Positions 11,437-22,229 of a stretch of 64,000 nucleotides of DNA are shown piece by piece. The notes under the pieces are model-generated. The model saw nothing but the letters and a program-made list of their open reading frames with translations, did not search any database and had not been told where the DNA came from. Source of the stretch: an uncultured delta proteobacterium. Its GTDB lineage: Bacteria > Desulfobacterota > Desulfomonilia > Desulfomonilales > Desulfomonilaceae. The DNA is taken from NCBI GenBank assembly GCA_963789265.1, contig CAWBKB010000007.1, forward strand, positions 352,001 through 416,000, written 5' to 3'. Numbering within the stretch: position 1 is the stretch's first letter; each line of letters begins with the position of its first letter. Position numbers and translations under genes: made by a program.

Positions 11437-11901
11437 TCAGATCTCACCCTCGATGGAGACAACGCTCGTGACATCGAGAATATCCATATAGTGAGGGCCT
11501 CCGCCCCAGGATTCGATGAGCAGGGATACGTTCCCAATAAGTGCGTCCAAACGTGTATCTTGCGACGTGAAGGTGGATTCTTCGTCGCGCAAATGCTGCA
11601 TCCAATCGAGCACATTGGACCGCAAGCATATCTTGACCTCGAACCCTTTGCCTTCCTTTATCAGGATGACCTGGCCGCAGTGCTTTTGTTCCGATGAGGC
11701 AAAGGGATGTTTGATGTCGTAAAGCTCCACGTCTTGCCCACGTATAGTTCGAATCAGCTCGATTCTTCGCATCTCTTCATCGAACAGGATTTCCGATTTT
11801 TCGAAGCACTGATCGCAGAGTGCGGGATCTTTTGCCGGAAAAGCGGCAGGGGCCTCGCCGCAAAGAACACAAGTTTGTTCAGGGGGAGATGAAATCGCCA
11901 T
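11437..11901 (-). CDS. Hypothetical protein with N-terminal CxxC..CxxC
   Basis: GGAG RBS; CVLC...CDQC. Confidence 0.55.
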   Translation of the reverse strand: MAISSPPEQTCVLCGEAPAAFPAKDPALCDQCFEKSEILFDEEMRRIELIRTIRGQDVELYDIKHPFASSEQKHCGQVILIKEGKGFEVKICLRSNVLDWMQHLRDEESTFTSQDTRLDALIGNVSLLIESWGGGPHYMDILDVTSVVSIEGEI

Positions 11902-12179
11902 AATTGATTCTCCAGGCCGCGATGTCCTGCGCGGCGAAATTGCAAAATGTCCCCGATTGGTGGAAGATGGGCCGGGCCCTTCACTCGAAGGGATTTGAAT
12001 CAACCTGGACCCGGTTTTTAATTAAGACCGGTCATCACCTCAGAATGCTGTAACTCTGGTCCTTTCCTCGTTGTCCAGGCCGCGCGTGCTCGGCTACCGA
12101 GGGGATGTGAAGACTCGTTCGAGCCTCGTTTGATGTATGATAGCATCGACCATCTGCCTTGAGAAGGAGAACAACTATT

Positions 12180-12887
12180 ATGCGGATTACGACACTTGCA
12201 ATTCTGCTGACCCTGTTCACCGTGCCTGCATTCATTCAAGCCCAAGCCGGACCCATTATAAACTTCGACAAGGAGAGTCACGATTACGGCAAGGTCAAAT
12301 TCGGTGACACGGTAACGCATAAATTTATTGTTACCAATACCGGAGACCAGCCTCTAACCATTAGCAAACTCGGATCAAGCTGTGGCTGCACACACGCAAT
12401 AAAGGGCGCTTCGACGGTTCCGCCCAATGGAAAGACTGAGATAGTGGCTTCTTTTAACACTGCCGGCCTGCGAGCAGGAAAGAAGCAAAAGCATGTTTTT
12501 GTCCACTCGAACGACCCCAAACGACCGATGGTCAATCTGACTATCACCGCCGACATAGTGAAAGACCTCAGCCTTGATCCGCCAAGCCTCGCCAAGAAGT
12601 TGCCCGAGAGGGCCGATACGCTTTCCTTTCCCGAGAAGGTCACCAACTCATCTGATCGGGTGGTAACGATACAGGGCGCGACCGTGCAGGCGGGATCAGT
12701 CCGGGCGGAGTTGAGCCCCGAAAAAGTCGTAGTGAAGCCGCATTCTACGGAGCCGTTCACTCTCGTATTGAAACTCAAGAATGGACCAAATCAGTTCTTC
12801 TGGATGGGAAGAGTCTTTCTGGCAACCGATCATCCGAGGGAAAAAAAGTTGGAGCTGCGCTATCTAATTCAGCTCAAGCCTGAATAG
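12180..12887 (+). CDS. DUF1573 domain secreted protein
   Basis: Signal peptide; DYG...F.VTNTG..PL.I....SSCGCT; VHSNDP. Confidence 0.85.
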   Translation: MRITTLAILLTLFTVPAFIQAQAGPIINFDKESHDYGKVKFGDTVTHKFIVTNTGDQPLTISKLGSSCGCTHAIKGASTVPPNGKTEIVASFNTAGLRAGKKQKHVFVHSNDPKRPMVNLTITADIVKDLSLDPPSLAKKLPERADTLSFPEKVTNSSDRVVTIQGATVQAGSVRAELSPEKVVVKPHSTEPFTLVLKLKNGPNQFFWMGRVFLATDHPREKKLELRYLIQLKPE

Positions 12888-13417
12888 GTGGCTGTTGCGT
12901 AAGCGTAATCACGTTGTCCGAAGGTGACGCAGGAGTCCTCGTATCGTGGCCGGGGCGATCCGAACGGGATCTGAAGCTGTTGATAAGGCGGAGGGCCTGA
13001 TCCACTCCGTACTTCCAAAGTACTAGAATCAGAAACCGCCGTCCCGGCTAACCCCAACAGGCAGAATGCAAGCAGGATGTAGCCGATCCACCCCGCTCCG
13101 AGGCTATTCTGCGACAATGGGATCGTCAACAGTAGAAGCAGGAAAAACGATCTGGGAAGCGAACCCAAACAGCTCAGAAACGTTTGGACGCAATCCAACA
13201 CTTTCATCATTATCTTGAAGGCGGCCCAAATGAGGCCGGCGCCAAAAATGAGGAACACGCAAAGCCGACCCAGGATGATTTCTGTCGAAGAAACCTGCAA
13301 GCCACTGAATAGAAAATCCAGTTGGAAAAAATTTTGCAACTGAGGCAAGCCGTCCCAGGGAATGTTCATACCGGTCTCCAAAGCAAGGTGATTAGATTCA
13401 TTTAATGGTTCAACCAT
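12874..13417 (-). CDS. Hypothetical membrane protein (+1 frameshift near 13033)
   Basis: Several TM segments; removing one T restores AVLILVLWKYGVDQAL... Confidence 0.5.
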
Positions 13418-13612
13418 TTATCATATTAACCTTAAATAACGTAACTATTAATGCACATATCTTTCTAATTATCAAGAAGAAAAACCGTCGAGCGCTCTTG
13501 GGCTCGATAATGTCGGGGATGCAGCACCGGTCTTGAGTTGCTCCAAAGCTGTTGTTGACAAAATCAGTGTGCGACCGTACAGTCATGGCCAATAGACCGT
13601 ATTACGGATCCC

Positions 13613-15280
13613 ATGAACGCTGGCCAAAATAGACAGATTTTCTTTTTCTCCTCCATCGGCCCCTCAGAAACAAACGGCCCGGGCATAAGAATCATCATCG
13701 GTATTCTTCTGCCTTTGCTTTTAATAAGTCTGGGAGGGTGTGGGCGATCTCCCACCTCCAAGATGGATCAGGCGAGGCGATTGATAGATAACGGAGAATA
13801 TGCCAAGGCAAAGAAGATACTGACTGAAGTGATAGACAAGAACCCGAAAAATGCGTCAGCGTTAATTATGAGGGGGCGAACCTTGGAAAGAACGGATGAA
13901 AGCAGCCTCGCTCTTGAGGATTACAAGCTGGCTCTGGACCTGGACCCGGCATCGGCGGATGCATGGGAGGCAAGAGGGAGGCTACTGGCCCGGCTGAAAC
14001 ATTACGACGACGCCTTGAGCGACTTGGCCCGCGCTGCCGAACTCTCGGCACATCCAGCCCCTATTTTCACAGCCATCGGTATGGTGCATTACGATCGCGA
14101 GAATTATAAAGAGGCTCGATCCTATTTTGATAAAAGCTCAGCCACGGATCCAACCGAGGAGGGAGGCTATTTCGGAAGAGGGGCAATTTTGATTGTGAAA
14201 AAGGACTATCTCGGTGCAATTAACGAAATGGACAAGCTGCTCAAGATGCAGCCCAAGAGCGCCCAGGCCCTGTTCAGGCGAGGTTTCGCCTTCCTCAAAG
14301 CCTCTCAGCCCCTTAAAGCAGTGGGCGATTTCAACAAAGCCCTGGAGCTGGACCCCGATATGAAGGAAATATACTGGTATCGGGCCGATGCGTACCGGGC
14401 TCTCAATGATCTCGCACAGGCCCTGAAAGATTACAAGCAGGCTGCCAAAGCCGAACCGGAAGATCCGATACTTTTCCTTAACCAGGGAACACTTTTGATG
14501 ATGATGGGGAGGTATGAAGAGGCTCTGGAGATGCTGCGTCGATCCATAGTGCTTGACCCGGACAACCCTCTGCCCTACTCGAACAGAGCTGTGCTGCACA
14601 TGCGAATAGGGAATTTTCTGGCGGCCCTGAGGGACTTGAACAAGGCGCTGGCCATCAAGCACGACAATCCTTGGCTTCTCACCAAGAGGGCGTACATATT
14701 CAAACTCATCGGCAGAGGCGACAGAGCGCTTGCCGACCTAAACAATGCTTTGCGACTCGATCCCAACAGCCATGAAGCATGGCTGGTTCGTGGAAGTCTT
14801 TATTTCAACGAAAAGCAGCTTAACCGAGCGATTGGCGATCTCAACCAGGCGATAAAGCTAATGCCCGATGACCCGACGGCGTATCAACTCCTCGCCGAAG
14901 CGCTAATGCACAAAGGCAACAGCGACGAAGCACTGGAGAAGGCAGGTCTGGCCCTGAAGAAGGATTCTTCGTTCGTGCCGGCCTACGTGACAATTGGCGA
15001 CATACACAGGGGGGATTCACAGATAGACCGAGCCCTGGAAGCCTATTCACGGGCGCTAAACATCGATCCCAGCAATTTTGAAGCGCGTGTGAAAAGAGCC
15101 AAGTTGTACATGCAACTGAATAAATATTCCGACGCCGTCGCGGACCTCAAACAGGCCGCGAAGGTCAATCCACATAGCGGGGAGGTCTACGTGCTCCGTT
15201 CTCAATGCTATGAGATTCTTGGCGATAAAGAAAAGGCGCGACAAGACACCTGGAAGGCGAGAGTATTTGCAGACCGCTAG
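13613..15280 (+). CDS. Tetratricopeptide repeat (lipo)protein
   Basis: Many TPR motifs (A...RG...A..D..KALELDP); hydrophobic leader ending LGGC. Confidence 0.9.
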   Translation: MNAGQNRQIFFFSSIGPSETNGPGIRIIIGILLPLLLISLGGCGRSPTSKMDQARRLIDNGEYAKAKKILTEVIDKNPKNASALIMRGRTLERTDESSLALEDYKLALDLDPASADAWEARGRLLARLKHYDDALSDLARAAELSAHPAPIFTAIGMVHYDRENYKEARSYFDKSSATDPTEEGGYFGRGAILIVKKDYLGAINEMDKLLKMQPKSAQALFRRGFAFLKASQPLKAVGDFNKALELDPDMKEIYWYRADAYRALNDLAQALKDYKQAAKAEPEDPILFLNQGTLLMMMGRYEEALEMLRRSIVLDPDNPLPYSNRAVLHMRIGNFLAALRDLNKALAIKHDNPWLLTKRAYIFKLIGRGDRALADLNNALRLDPNSHEAWLVRGSLYFNEKQLNRAIGDLNQAIKLMPDDPTAYQLLAEALMHKGNSDEALEKAGLALKKDSSFVPAYVTIGDIHRGDSQIDRALEAYSRALNIDPSNFEARVKRAKLYMQLNKYSDAVADLKQAAKVNPHSGEVYVLRSQCYEILGDKEKARQDTWKARVFADR

Positions 15281-15617
15281 CTTGAGAGGGATAAAACGTT
15301 AAGAAACGCATCATTTCTCAAATGATGATTCGGAGCGATTTTTATTGGATCCAGGTGAAGATTCCCACTCATGTCAATACGGCGTCAAACAAGTGATGAT
15401 CCTGGACGGGATATGGTGGGGCAGGCAGGATACCAGCCATTCATCATCTCGTACTCCGATCCGGGAAGTAGCGCAGTTGGACGGGCATCTTGCCCGCCGA
15501 CAGGCGAGCCGCCTGTCCACCACGCCGCCGGCGACCAATGAATTACCGGCACGGAAGCCGGTCTTACTTGTGCCCGCGTACGCGGGCATAACGAAATGTA
15601 GGGGCGGGTTTCAAACC

Positions 15618-15791
15618 CAATGCTGTTGACTTAAGCCGCATGCCCCTTGTCCAGGAACTTTTCCTTCGACGGGCCTTCACCTCGTCATTCCGGCGGAGGC
15701 CGGAATCCAGGTTTTCCTAATCTCCCCTGGACCCCGGCCTTCGCCGGGGTGACGGTGGGGTAGACGGAGGTCCCTTAAGTCAACAGCATTG
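15618..15791. mobile_element. MITE class A (174 bp, IS4-like ends), copy 1
   Basis: Perfect 18-bp TIR CAATGCTGTTGACTTAAG; 11-bp TSD GGTTTCAAACC; inserted in the REP GTAGGGGCGGGTTTCAAACCCGCCCCTAC. Confidence 0.9.
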
Positions 15792-15904
15792 GGTTTCAAA
15801 CCCGCCCCTACTTGCGTGACAGCAAATCGGTATCAGCCTTTTGCAATATAACAGGACAATCGGTTGTGGTGCAGCCCTCTTGCCCCCGCCTCTAAGGCAA
15901 CTCC

Positions 15905-17203
15905 TTACCTTTCATCAATGATTCTGCGCGCTTTACCTATACTTCTCTCAATGGTGTCTTGAGGCAGAATCTTCACCGGGACGTTGATCCCGATGACTTG
16001 CTGTATCCGTGATGAAATCTTCTTTGCGAGTTCGTCAACCTTCTCCTGGCCGGCTTCATAAATTGCCCGCTTGACTTCCGTTTCAACCATAATGTTGTCG
16101 ATATAGCCCTTCTTCCTCAGTCGAATCTGATATTGGGGCTCCACCTCCTCAAACTCCATAAGGACCACTTCCACCTGAGACGGAAAGACATTCACTCCGC
16201 TGATGATCATCATGTCGTCGGAGCGGCCAAGTATCTTGTCCATCGTGATCAGAGTGCGCCCGCATTCACATTTTTCACGCCGCAATGTGCAAATGTCACG
16301 TGTCCTGTAGCGGATCACAGGCATGGCACGTCGCTGCAGTGCCGTGAAGACCAACTCCCCTTCCTCTCCGAGAGCAAGAGGTTCCAAGGTGCTCGGATCA
16401 ACTATTTCCGGAAGCACGTGGTCCTCGTTCACATGAATCCTGTAATATTCACAGGTAAAAGAAACCCCTGGCCCCATGAGTTCCGTTAGTCCGTAGTGCT
16501 CATACGCGTGCATGCCGCCTCTGGATTCTATATCGCTGCGCATTTCGACGCTCCAGGGCTCGGCCCCGAAATGGCCGGTCTTCAGCGAGGAATTCTTAAT
16601 ATCAAATCCCATCTTCTCGGCCTTTTCGATGATTGTCAGACAGTATGAAGGAGTGCAGCACAGAGCATTTACCCCGAAGTCCTGGATAAGCATTATCTGC
16701 CTCTCCGTCATCCCTGCCCCCGAAGGCACAACTGCGCAGCCGACCCTTATTGCGCCCTGAAGAAAACCGAGACCGCCTGTAAACAGCCCCATGCCGTATG
16801 CATTTTGTAAGATGGTATCGGGCCGAACTTCCTGAGCCCACAAGCCTCGCGCCATGCAATCTGTCCACTGGTCCAGATCCGCGGCCGTATAAGGGCCGGT
16901 GATCGGCTTGCCGGTAGTCCCGGAAGAGGCATGAATTCGAACCACTTCAGACATAGGCACGGCGCACAACCGAAACGGATAATTGTCCCGCAAGTCAGTC
17001 TTCACTGTAAACGGAAATTTTGCTATGTCTTCGAGCTTCTGAAAATCCGCAGGTTTTACCCCTTTTTCGTCGAAGATCCTCTTGTAAAATGGAACCTTGT
17101 CATAAACCCATTTGAGAGTCTCCGTCAGTTTTTCGGTCTGAAGAGCTTTCATCGCGGACTCGTTCATTGTTTCGAACTTTTCGTCCCAAAACTTTTTTGA
17201 CAT
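15905..17203 (-). CDS. paaK: Phenylacetate-CoA ligase family protein
   Basis: IHASSGTTGKP, GAEPW, YGLTE, RYRTRD, GRSDDM, GKARR; GAGGAGG RBS. Confidence 0.85.
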   Translation of the reverse strand: MSKKFWDEKFETMNESAMKALQTEKLTETLKWVYDKVPFYKRIFDEKGVKPADFQKLEDIAKFPFTVKTDLRDNYPFRLCAVPMSEVVRIHASSGTTGKPITGPYTAADLDQWTDCMARGLWAQEVRPDTILQNAYGMGLFTGGLGFLQGAIRVGCAVVPSGAGMTERQIMLIQDFGVNALCCTPSYCLTIIEKAEKMGFDIKNSSLKTGHFGAEPWSVEMRSDIESRGGMHAYEHYGLTELMGPGVSFTCEYYRIHVNEDHVLPEIVDPSTLEPLALGEEGELVFTALQRRAMPVIRYRTRDICTLRREKCECGRTLITMDKILGRSDDMMIISGVNVFPSQVEVVLMEFEEVEPQYQIRLRKKGYIDNIMVETEVKRAIYEAGQEKVDELAKKISSRIQQVIGINVPVKILPQDTIERSIGKARRIIDER

Positions 17204-17402
17204 GCGGTGCCTCCTCAAAGATGGATATATTTTTTTCCGAGGATGGACGATACGCGAAGGGCTGTTTGGATCTAAAATTATGGGATCATGTCAGTGCTGT
17301 CAAGCTAAAACAGGCTGCTTCGCCATTCGCTTCTCTGTGCGAATCTCCGTAAAGGACTGTTCGCCGGACTGAATTATTGAGATGTGAATGACGGCCGATC
17401 TC

Positions 17403-17560
17403 CATAGGAGCTAACTTACCGATTTTTCCCCCTTTTCTAAAGGGGATTTAGGGGGATTTTCAAGGAGTTAGACCAAAATCCCCCCTAACCCCCCTTTACG
17501 AAAGGGGGACTTTGATGGCACATGGCCCTGCAACAAAATTGCCTTAAGTTAGCACCTATG
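17403..17560. mobile_element. MITE class B (CATAGG..AACTTA ends) carrying a C-rich palindrome
   Basis: CATAGGAGCTAACTTA / TAAGTTAGCACCTATG ends; no clear TSD. Confidence 0.7.
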
Positions 17561-17689
17561 GAATCGGAGTCCGGACTGACGCAGTCGGATAGGGTTGCGG
17601 GCACAGATAACATCACTCGAAATAGGTTGTCGCATTTAGGAAATAGAGTACTAACCGCTCAAGATCTCGCTGAGAGGACCAGCCCCGTC

Positions 17690-20600
17690 TCAGTTCGTCA
17701 GCGATTTCAGCTTTGAGGCCGTGACTCTGTCAAGGGCCGTCTCCAGCATTGGAGTCACTTCGGGCGATTGGGCCGGACCGTGAATCTTTAGAATCACTGT
17801 CACGGGGGTCTTCACCGGCTGGGGAGCCTGCGCCTTGGTCTCGCGGGAATCGGGGACCTCTATACCAAAGCGCTTGAGCTCTTTGCCGAGACCCGTAACT
17901 TTCAGCAAGCCTTCGTGTTTCTTGATGAACTTCTGAACTCCCGGGATTTTCCCCAGAAGATTCCCGGCACCTGTCACGGTCTGAATGCGAGCAAGGAGAT
18001 CGAGCTGGGAGGGGGTCAAACGGAGTGTTCCGATCAGACCGGCACTGAGATCGTGCCCTTTCAGCCTCAAATTATCCGTGGAGGCGGTTCCCGACTTGAG
18101 GACGATATCGCCGGCGACGGACTGGAACTCGAGGATATCACTTTTTGCCACCGCAGTTTGAGGGTCCAGCAGTGTTCCGACGAAAACCCGAAGACCTTTC
18201 AGTGCGTTCTTCAATAGGCCTGCTTTCATCCTTCCCTGCCCTATTTCCAGAGAGAGTCGACCATTGAGTTTCTCCAAGGATGTAACATGCTTCACAGATC
18301 CCTTGACCTTCAGCGGCCCCTCTATTAGCCCGTGGATCGTGCCGGTCAGTTCGGGAATCTCCGCGTCTCCGTTAGTCGTTTCAATCGTGCCTTTGATCTT
18401 TTCGAGGCCCCAACCGGCTCTTTCTTGCTGATAATTTACGGCAAGCAAACGAACAAAACCCGCGGGAATAATACTTTTGTCAGATTGGATCAGCCGGATC
18501 GTGGCTTCCGCAGGTCCGGACAATTTCACCCCTGTTACACCGGGCAGATACCGCAAGATGTTTCTGAAGTCGACCTTCTTTAAGTCCAGAGCCACTTCCT
18601 GGAATTTTCCATTGCGATCTCTGAGAACTCCACGGCCCATGAGCATAACCCCGGGCAGAGTCAGGCGACCACTGGTCAGATCCAGTTCCTTGTGAGAGAA
18701 TCTTCCTGTCGCGTTCAATGAGCCTGCAACGCCGCCTTGTTTGCGGAAGACATGTTTAACATTCACGTCAAGATAAGTCAGCGGAAGCTCCACTGACCAC
18801 GTCATGGCTTGCGGTGACCCTGCAAACTTGGCTTTTAGCGGTGCACTCCCGCTTACCGTTGCACCGGCAGGCAGCTCTAATCCTGCCAGAGCAATTGTCG
18901 CCGAATTGAAAGCCAAGGTAGCGGTGCCGTTGATCGTGGGATCCCCTGAACCGAGAGCGGCAATGCTTGTCTTGGCAGTAAGCAAGTCTGTGGCCTCGTT
19001 TTCACGCCGCACAACGACAGAAGTGTCTCCCAGATCCGCGGTATTCGATTTGAGCACGACCTTGGAGGCGAGGCGCACGGCCAACCCGGACGCCCAAGGG
19101 CCATGTGGGCTGAGCCGGATTCGAGACCCTATCATCCCTATTGTGACGATGGCAGGTTCCAGATTCTTTTGCTCTTTCCACGGATAGAAGATCCCTTTGA
19201 CGGATATGTTCCCCTTTTTGCCCGAGTCCTTTTTCAAGTAAGGCACCCATTCAAGGGCCGTGGAAGTGATATCCGCGCTCGCGTCGAGCCATAGCCTTCG
19301 AGGAAAGCCCCTTGCGATCCACCGAATGGGAAGGGGGCCTGGGATGTGCAATGCCCTAGGTAGTTGAATTCCGAGGTGTTTTAACCACTCAGGCCGAAGA
19401 GGGATCTCTCCTTGCAGGTCCAGAGACCGGTTTCCCGAAAAGGGGTGGGCGACCTTACCTCGCATCGATACGATTCTTCCGGCTCCGCGTATCTCCAGAC
19501 TATCCAACAACAACTGATCCGGATCCAATTTGGCTTGGGCCCACAGGCTGACTTTAGAAGCAATGCCCCTGTACACAGTCGTAGGGACTACATTTTCGAG
19601 GCTCAACGTTCCCTGGAGTTTCCAATTATTGGCTGCGTTCCAGTTTCCATTGATTGCCGCTCTTACTATTCCGCTCTCGGGATTGAAAGGAAGTTGCCGC
19701 GGGAACGATGTCTTGAAAAGCGCCATCGGAAGCATGTCTGTTTCCGCGGTCCCCTGCAAACTCTGAATTCCGGACAAATCCGAGGCAATGAGAATATCAC
19801 TTTGAATGTTCACATGCGTGTTTCCATGGGGATCGATCTTCAGAACCGTCTTCAAGGCAAGCTTGACGGGACCTGCTTTTTCCCACGACAAATGGGCCCG
19901 GACAGCGGCGTTTTTGAACTTCAGGGCAACGCTGGGCATAGGCGGGAAATATATGTGGAAAGGCTTCAGCTCCAAAGAATCGGAGGAGACATCCATCACG
20001 ATTCTTTCCACTTTTGACTGGTCTTCGCTCAACGCTGCCTGCCCCTCGATGCGCACTGAATGGTCCTTTGGTTGTCCGCGGTCAAGTCGGCCTGTAATGT
20101 TAACCGAAACAACGTTCCTCACCGCGTTCCTCTCGAGGGTGCCGTTGATCTGCTTCAGGGATCTCTCAACTACCGTCCCCGGTGAGATCTTTTGATCGAT
20201 CCAATCCACTCTGCCATCGACAAGCTTCACCTCGTTGATGGACAAGTGGAGATGGTTCTCCGGTCTTGCATTGGTGGCCCCAGCCTGGCGGCCGTCACTC
20301 ACTACGGTAAGTTCGGGCTTCGCATTTTTCTTTTTGGGCGATGCCTTACCGGCATAAGTCGGCGATAGGGGGATTAAAGCGCCTTGAATCGTTCCCGTTT
20401 GAGATCTTCGCACTGAAACGGACAATCCCTCAACGGTCATAGATTCAATAGCTATTTCCTTTTTCAAGAGAGGGGCCAAGGATGGTATAAGGATGAGTTT
20501 GTCTGCTGAAACCAGCTTTGCGCCGTCTTTAGAGGTGATGGAAATGCCTCGAACATTCAGAGATATCAGTCGGGGAAAGGACCACGAGACCTTCAGCGGC

Positions 20601-20761
20601 CCCAATGTGACATTCTGCCCGGTGAGGCTGCTCAACTGATCCTGTACTCGGATACGGATCAGATCCGTCTCCGGCAAAACACTTATGCTTATCACCACTG
20701 CGGTGGTGATAAGAATCACCAGCAAGATAAGGGCTACTAAAATGCGCCGAAAATGTCTCAT
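17690..20761 (-). CDS. AsmA-family / bridge-like lipid transfer protein
   Basis: About 1020 aa, N-terminal TM anchor, LTGQNVTLG.L..SW..P AsmA motif, beta-rich body. Confidence 0.8.
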   Translation of the reverse strand: MRHFRRILVALILLVILITTAVVISISVLPETDLIRIRVQDQLSSLTGQNVTLGPLKVSWSFPRLISLNVRGISITSKDGAKLVSADKLILIPSLAPLLKKEIAIESMTVEGLSVSVRRSQTGTIQGALIPLSPTYAGKASPKKKNAKPELTVVSDGRQAGATNARPENHLHLSINEVKLVDGRVDWIDQKISPGTVVERSLKQINGTLERNAVRNVVSVNITGRLDRGQPKDHSVRIEGQAALSEDQSKVERIVMDVSSDSLELKPFHIYFPPMPSVALKFKNAAVRAHLSWEKAGPVKLALKTVLKIDPHGNTHVNIQSDILIASDLSGIQSLQGTAETDMLPMALFKTSFPRQLPFNPESGIVRAAINGNWNAANNWKLQGTLSLENVVPTTVYRGIASKVSLWAQAKLDPDQLLLDSLEIRGAGRIVSMRGKVAHPFSGNRSLDLQGEIPLRPEWLKHLGIQLPRALHIPGPLPIRWIARGFPRRLWLDASADITSTALEWVPYLKKDSGKKGNISVKGIFYPWKEQKNLEPAIVTIGMIGSRIRLSPHGPWASGLAVRLASKVVLKSNTADLGDTSVVVRRENEATDLLTAKTSIAALGSGDPTINGTATLAFNSATIALAGLELPAGATVSGSAPLKAKFAGSPQAMTWSVELPLTYLDVNVKHVFRKQGGVAGSLNATGRFSHKELDLTSGRLTLPGVMLMGRGVLRDRNGKFQEVALDLKKVDFRNILRYLPGVTGVKLSGPAEATIRLIQSDKSIIPAGFVRLLAVNYQQERAGWGLEKIKGTIETTNGDAEIPELTGTIHGLIEGPLKVKGSVKHVTSLEKLNGRLSLEIGQGRMKAGLLKNALKGLRVFVGTLLDPQTAVAKSDILEFQSVAGDIVLKSGTASTDNLRLKGHDLSAGLIGTLRLTPSQLDLLARIQTVTGAGNLLGKIPGVQKFIKKHEGLLKVTGLGKELKRFGIEVPDSRETKAQAPQPVKTPVTVILKIHGPAQSPEVTPMLETALDRVTASKLKSLTN

Positions 20762-21050
20762 TGTCTGCTCCCAAGAACCGGGCAAGAGCCGGTACAGGTT
20801 CAAGCTTCATTCTGAATGGACCCCCATACCCGCCATCGGTTCTGATTCACAGCGAGCACATCGAAACAGTGAGACCCCGATTCCACACCGGTACATTACA
20901 TAATTGGCCCTTAAAGACTCGGCCAAATATTTCATTAATCATTCTTGGCGGTTCTACCTGTTTTGGCGCTTTTTCACAAGCGTTTTGTAAAATGATATGG
21001 GATTTCCTTCAAATGCCGCTTTATCGCAAGCGAAAGTCCTCTTTCTAGCG

Positions 21051-21080
21051 TTGACAATACGCTTAATAAGGGTCTATAAA
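21051..21080 (+). promoter_or_regulatory. sigma-70 promoter of the phosphatase gene
   Basis: TTGACA-N18-TATAAA, 8 nt before the ATG. Confidence 0.55.
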
Positions 21081-21088
21081 ATCAGACC

Positions 21089-21733
21089 ATGAGCAGAAAA
21101 ATATTTGCAGTAGGGGATATCCACGGCTGTTACGATAAACTCGTGGCCATGATGAGAATTCTTCCTTGGCGCAAAGACGACGGTGATCTACTCCTATTTA
21201 TAGGTGATTATATTGACCGCGGTCCAAAGTCTCGCGAGGTTGTGGAATATCTCGTACGGCTTCGGAAGCAAGGTGGCAATTTCGTATTCTTAAAAGGAAA
21301 TCACGAAAAGATGCTTCTGGATTATTACATTCAGCAAAAGGATCAAATGCTTTACGTGGCCAATGGGGGAGCGGAAACAATCGCCAGTTACGTCGAAGGT
21401 GGTATAGGAAGAAAGGCTTTTGTCTTGCCTGAGGAGCATCTTGAATTCTTTTTGTCTCTCACCTTGCATTACGAGACCGCTGACTACATTTTTGTTCATG
21501 CAGGATTGAGAGACGGTGTGCCTTTGGATGAGCAGTCGGAAGAAGACCTGCTCTGGATCAGAGAAGAATTCATCTATTCTGCGTACGACTGGAGCAAAAG
21601 AATAATTTTCGGGCATACCGCCCTTGAGATACCGTTTGTAACCCCAGGGAAAATAGGAATCGACACCGGCGCAGTCTACGGAAACAAGCTGACCGCGGTG
21701 GAACTCCCGCGCATGAAGTTCTATCAGGTCTGA
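21089..21733 (+). CDS. Ser/Thr protein phosphatase (metallophosphoesterase, PrpA-like)
   Basis: GDIHG, GDYIDRG, GNHE, HAG, GHT, IDTG motifs. Confidence 0.92.
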   Translation: MSRKIFAVGDIHGCYDKLVAMMRILPWRKDDGDLLLFIGDYIDRGPKSREVVEYLVRLRKQGGNFVFLKGNHEKMLLDYYIQQKDQMLYVANGGAETIASYVEGGIGRKAFVLPEEHLEFFLSLTLHYETADYIFVHAGLRDGVPLDEQSEEDLLWIREEFIYSAYDWSKRIIFGHTALEIPFVTPGKIGIDTGAVYGNKLTAVELPRMKFYQV

Positions 21734-21958
21734 TCGTGCTACTCAAAAATCCCTAATTATACACCGCGGAGAAGGCAGTTCGCAGAGAATTCTGCTTTCT
21801 TCGAGCGTCTATGCGAATTGGGAAGGACTGCTTACGGTATGTGATCCCGCGAGACGCGGGAAGGGCAATGCCGATCTGACCTCCCGGACAGGTGACTGAC
21901 GTCGAATTGAACAAGCTGTCTTTTATCTCAGTGTTCCCGGCGGATCCCGCTTCTCGCG

Positions 21959-22136
21959 CATAGGAGTTAACTTAAGGCAATTTCGTTCCTTTTCAAGATG
22001 TGAGTGCAGGCCGAGGGCGGTCAAAGTCCCCCTTTTCTAAAGGGGGATTTAGGGGGATTTTCAATGAGTTATCCCAAAATCCCCCCTGGCCCCCCTTTAC
22101 GAAAGGGGGGAATAAATCGTTAACTTAACGCCTATG
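21959..22136. mobile_element. MITE class B (178 bp) with TSD
   Basis: Ends CATAGGAGTTAACTTAAG / GTTAACTTAACGCCTATG; 11-bp TSD CGCTTCTCGCG; C-rich palindrome cargo. Confidence 0.85.
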
Positions 22137-22229
22137 CGCTTCTCGCGGGACGGTGAATATTGAAGCGGTTGGAAGGTTACAGAGGTCCTTCAGACCAAGC
22201 GGTGGCTAATAATCCGGCACTTGGTGCGT

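Noticed and set aside
17915..20195. Numerous antisense ORFs inside long genes
   Set aside because: Shadow frames of well-supported genes on the opposite strand.
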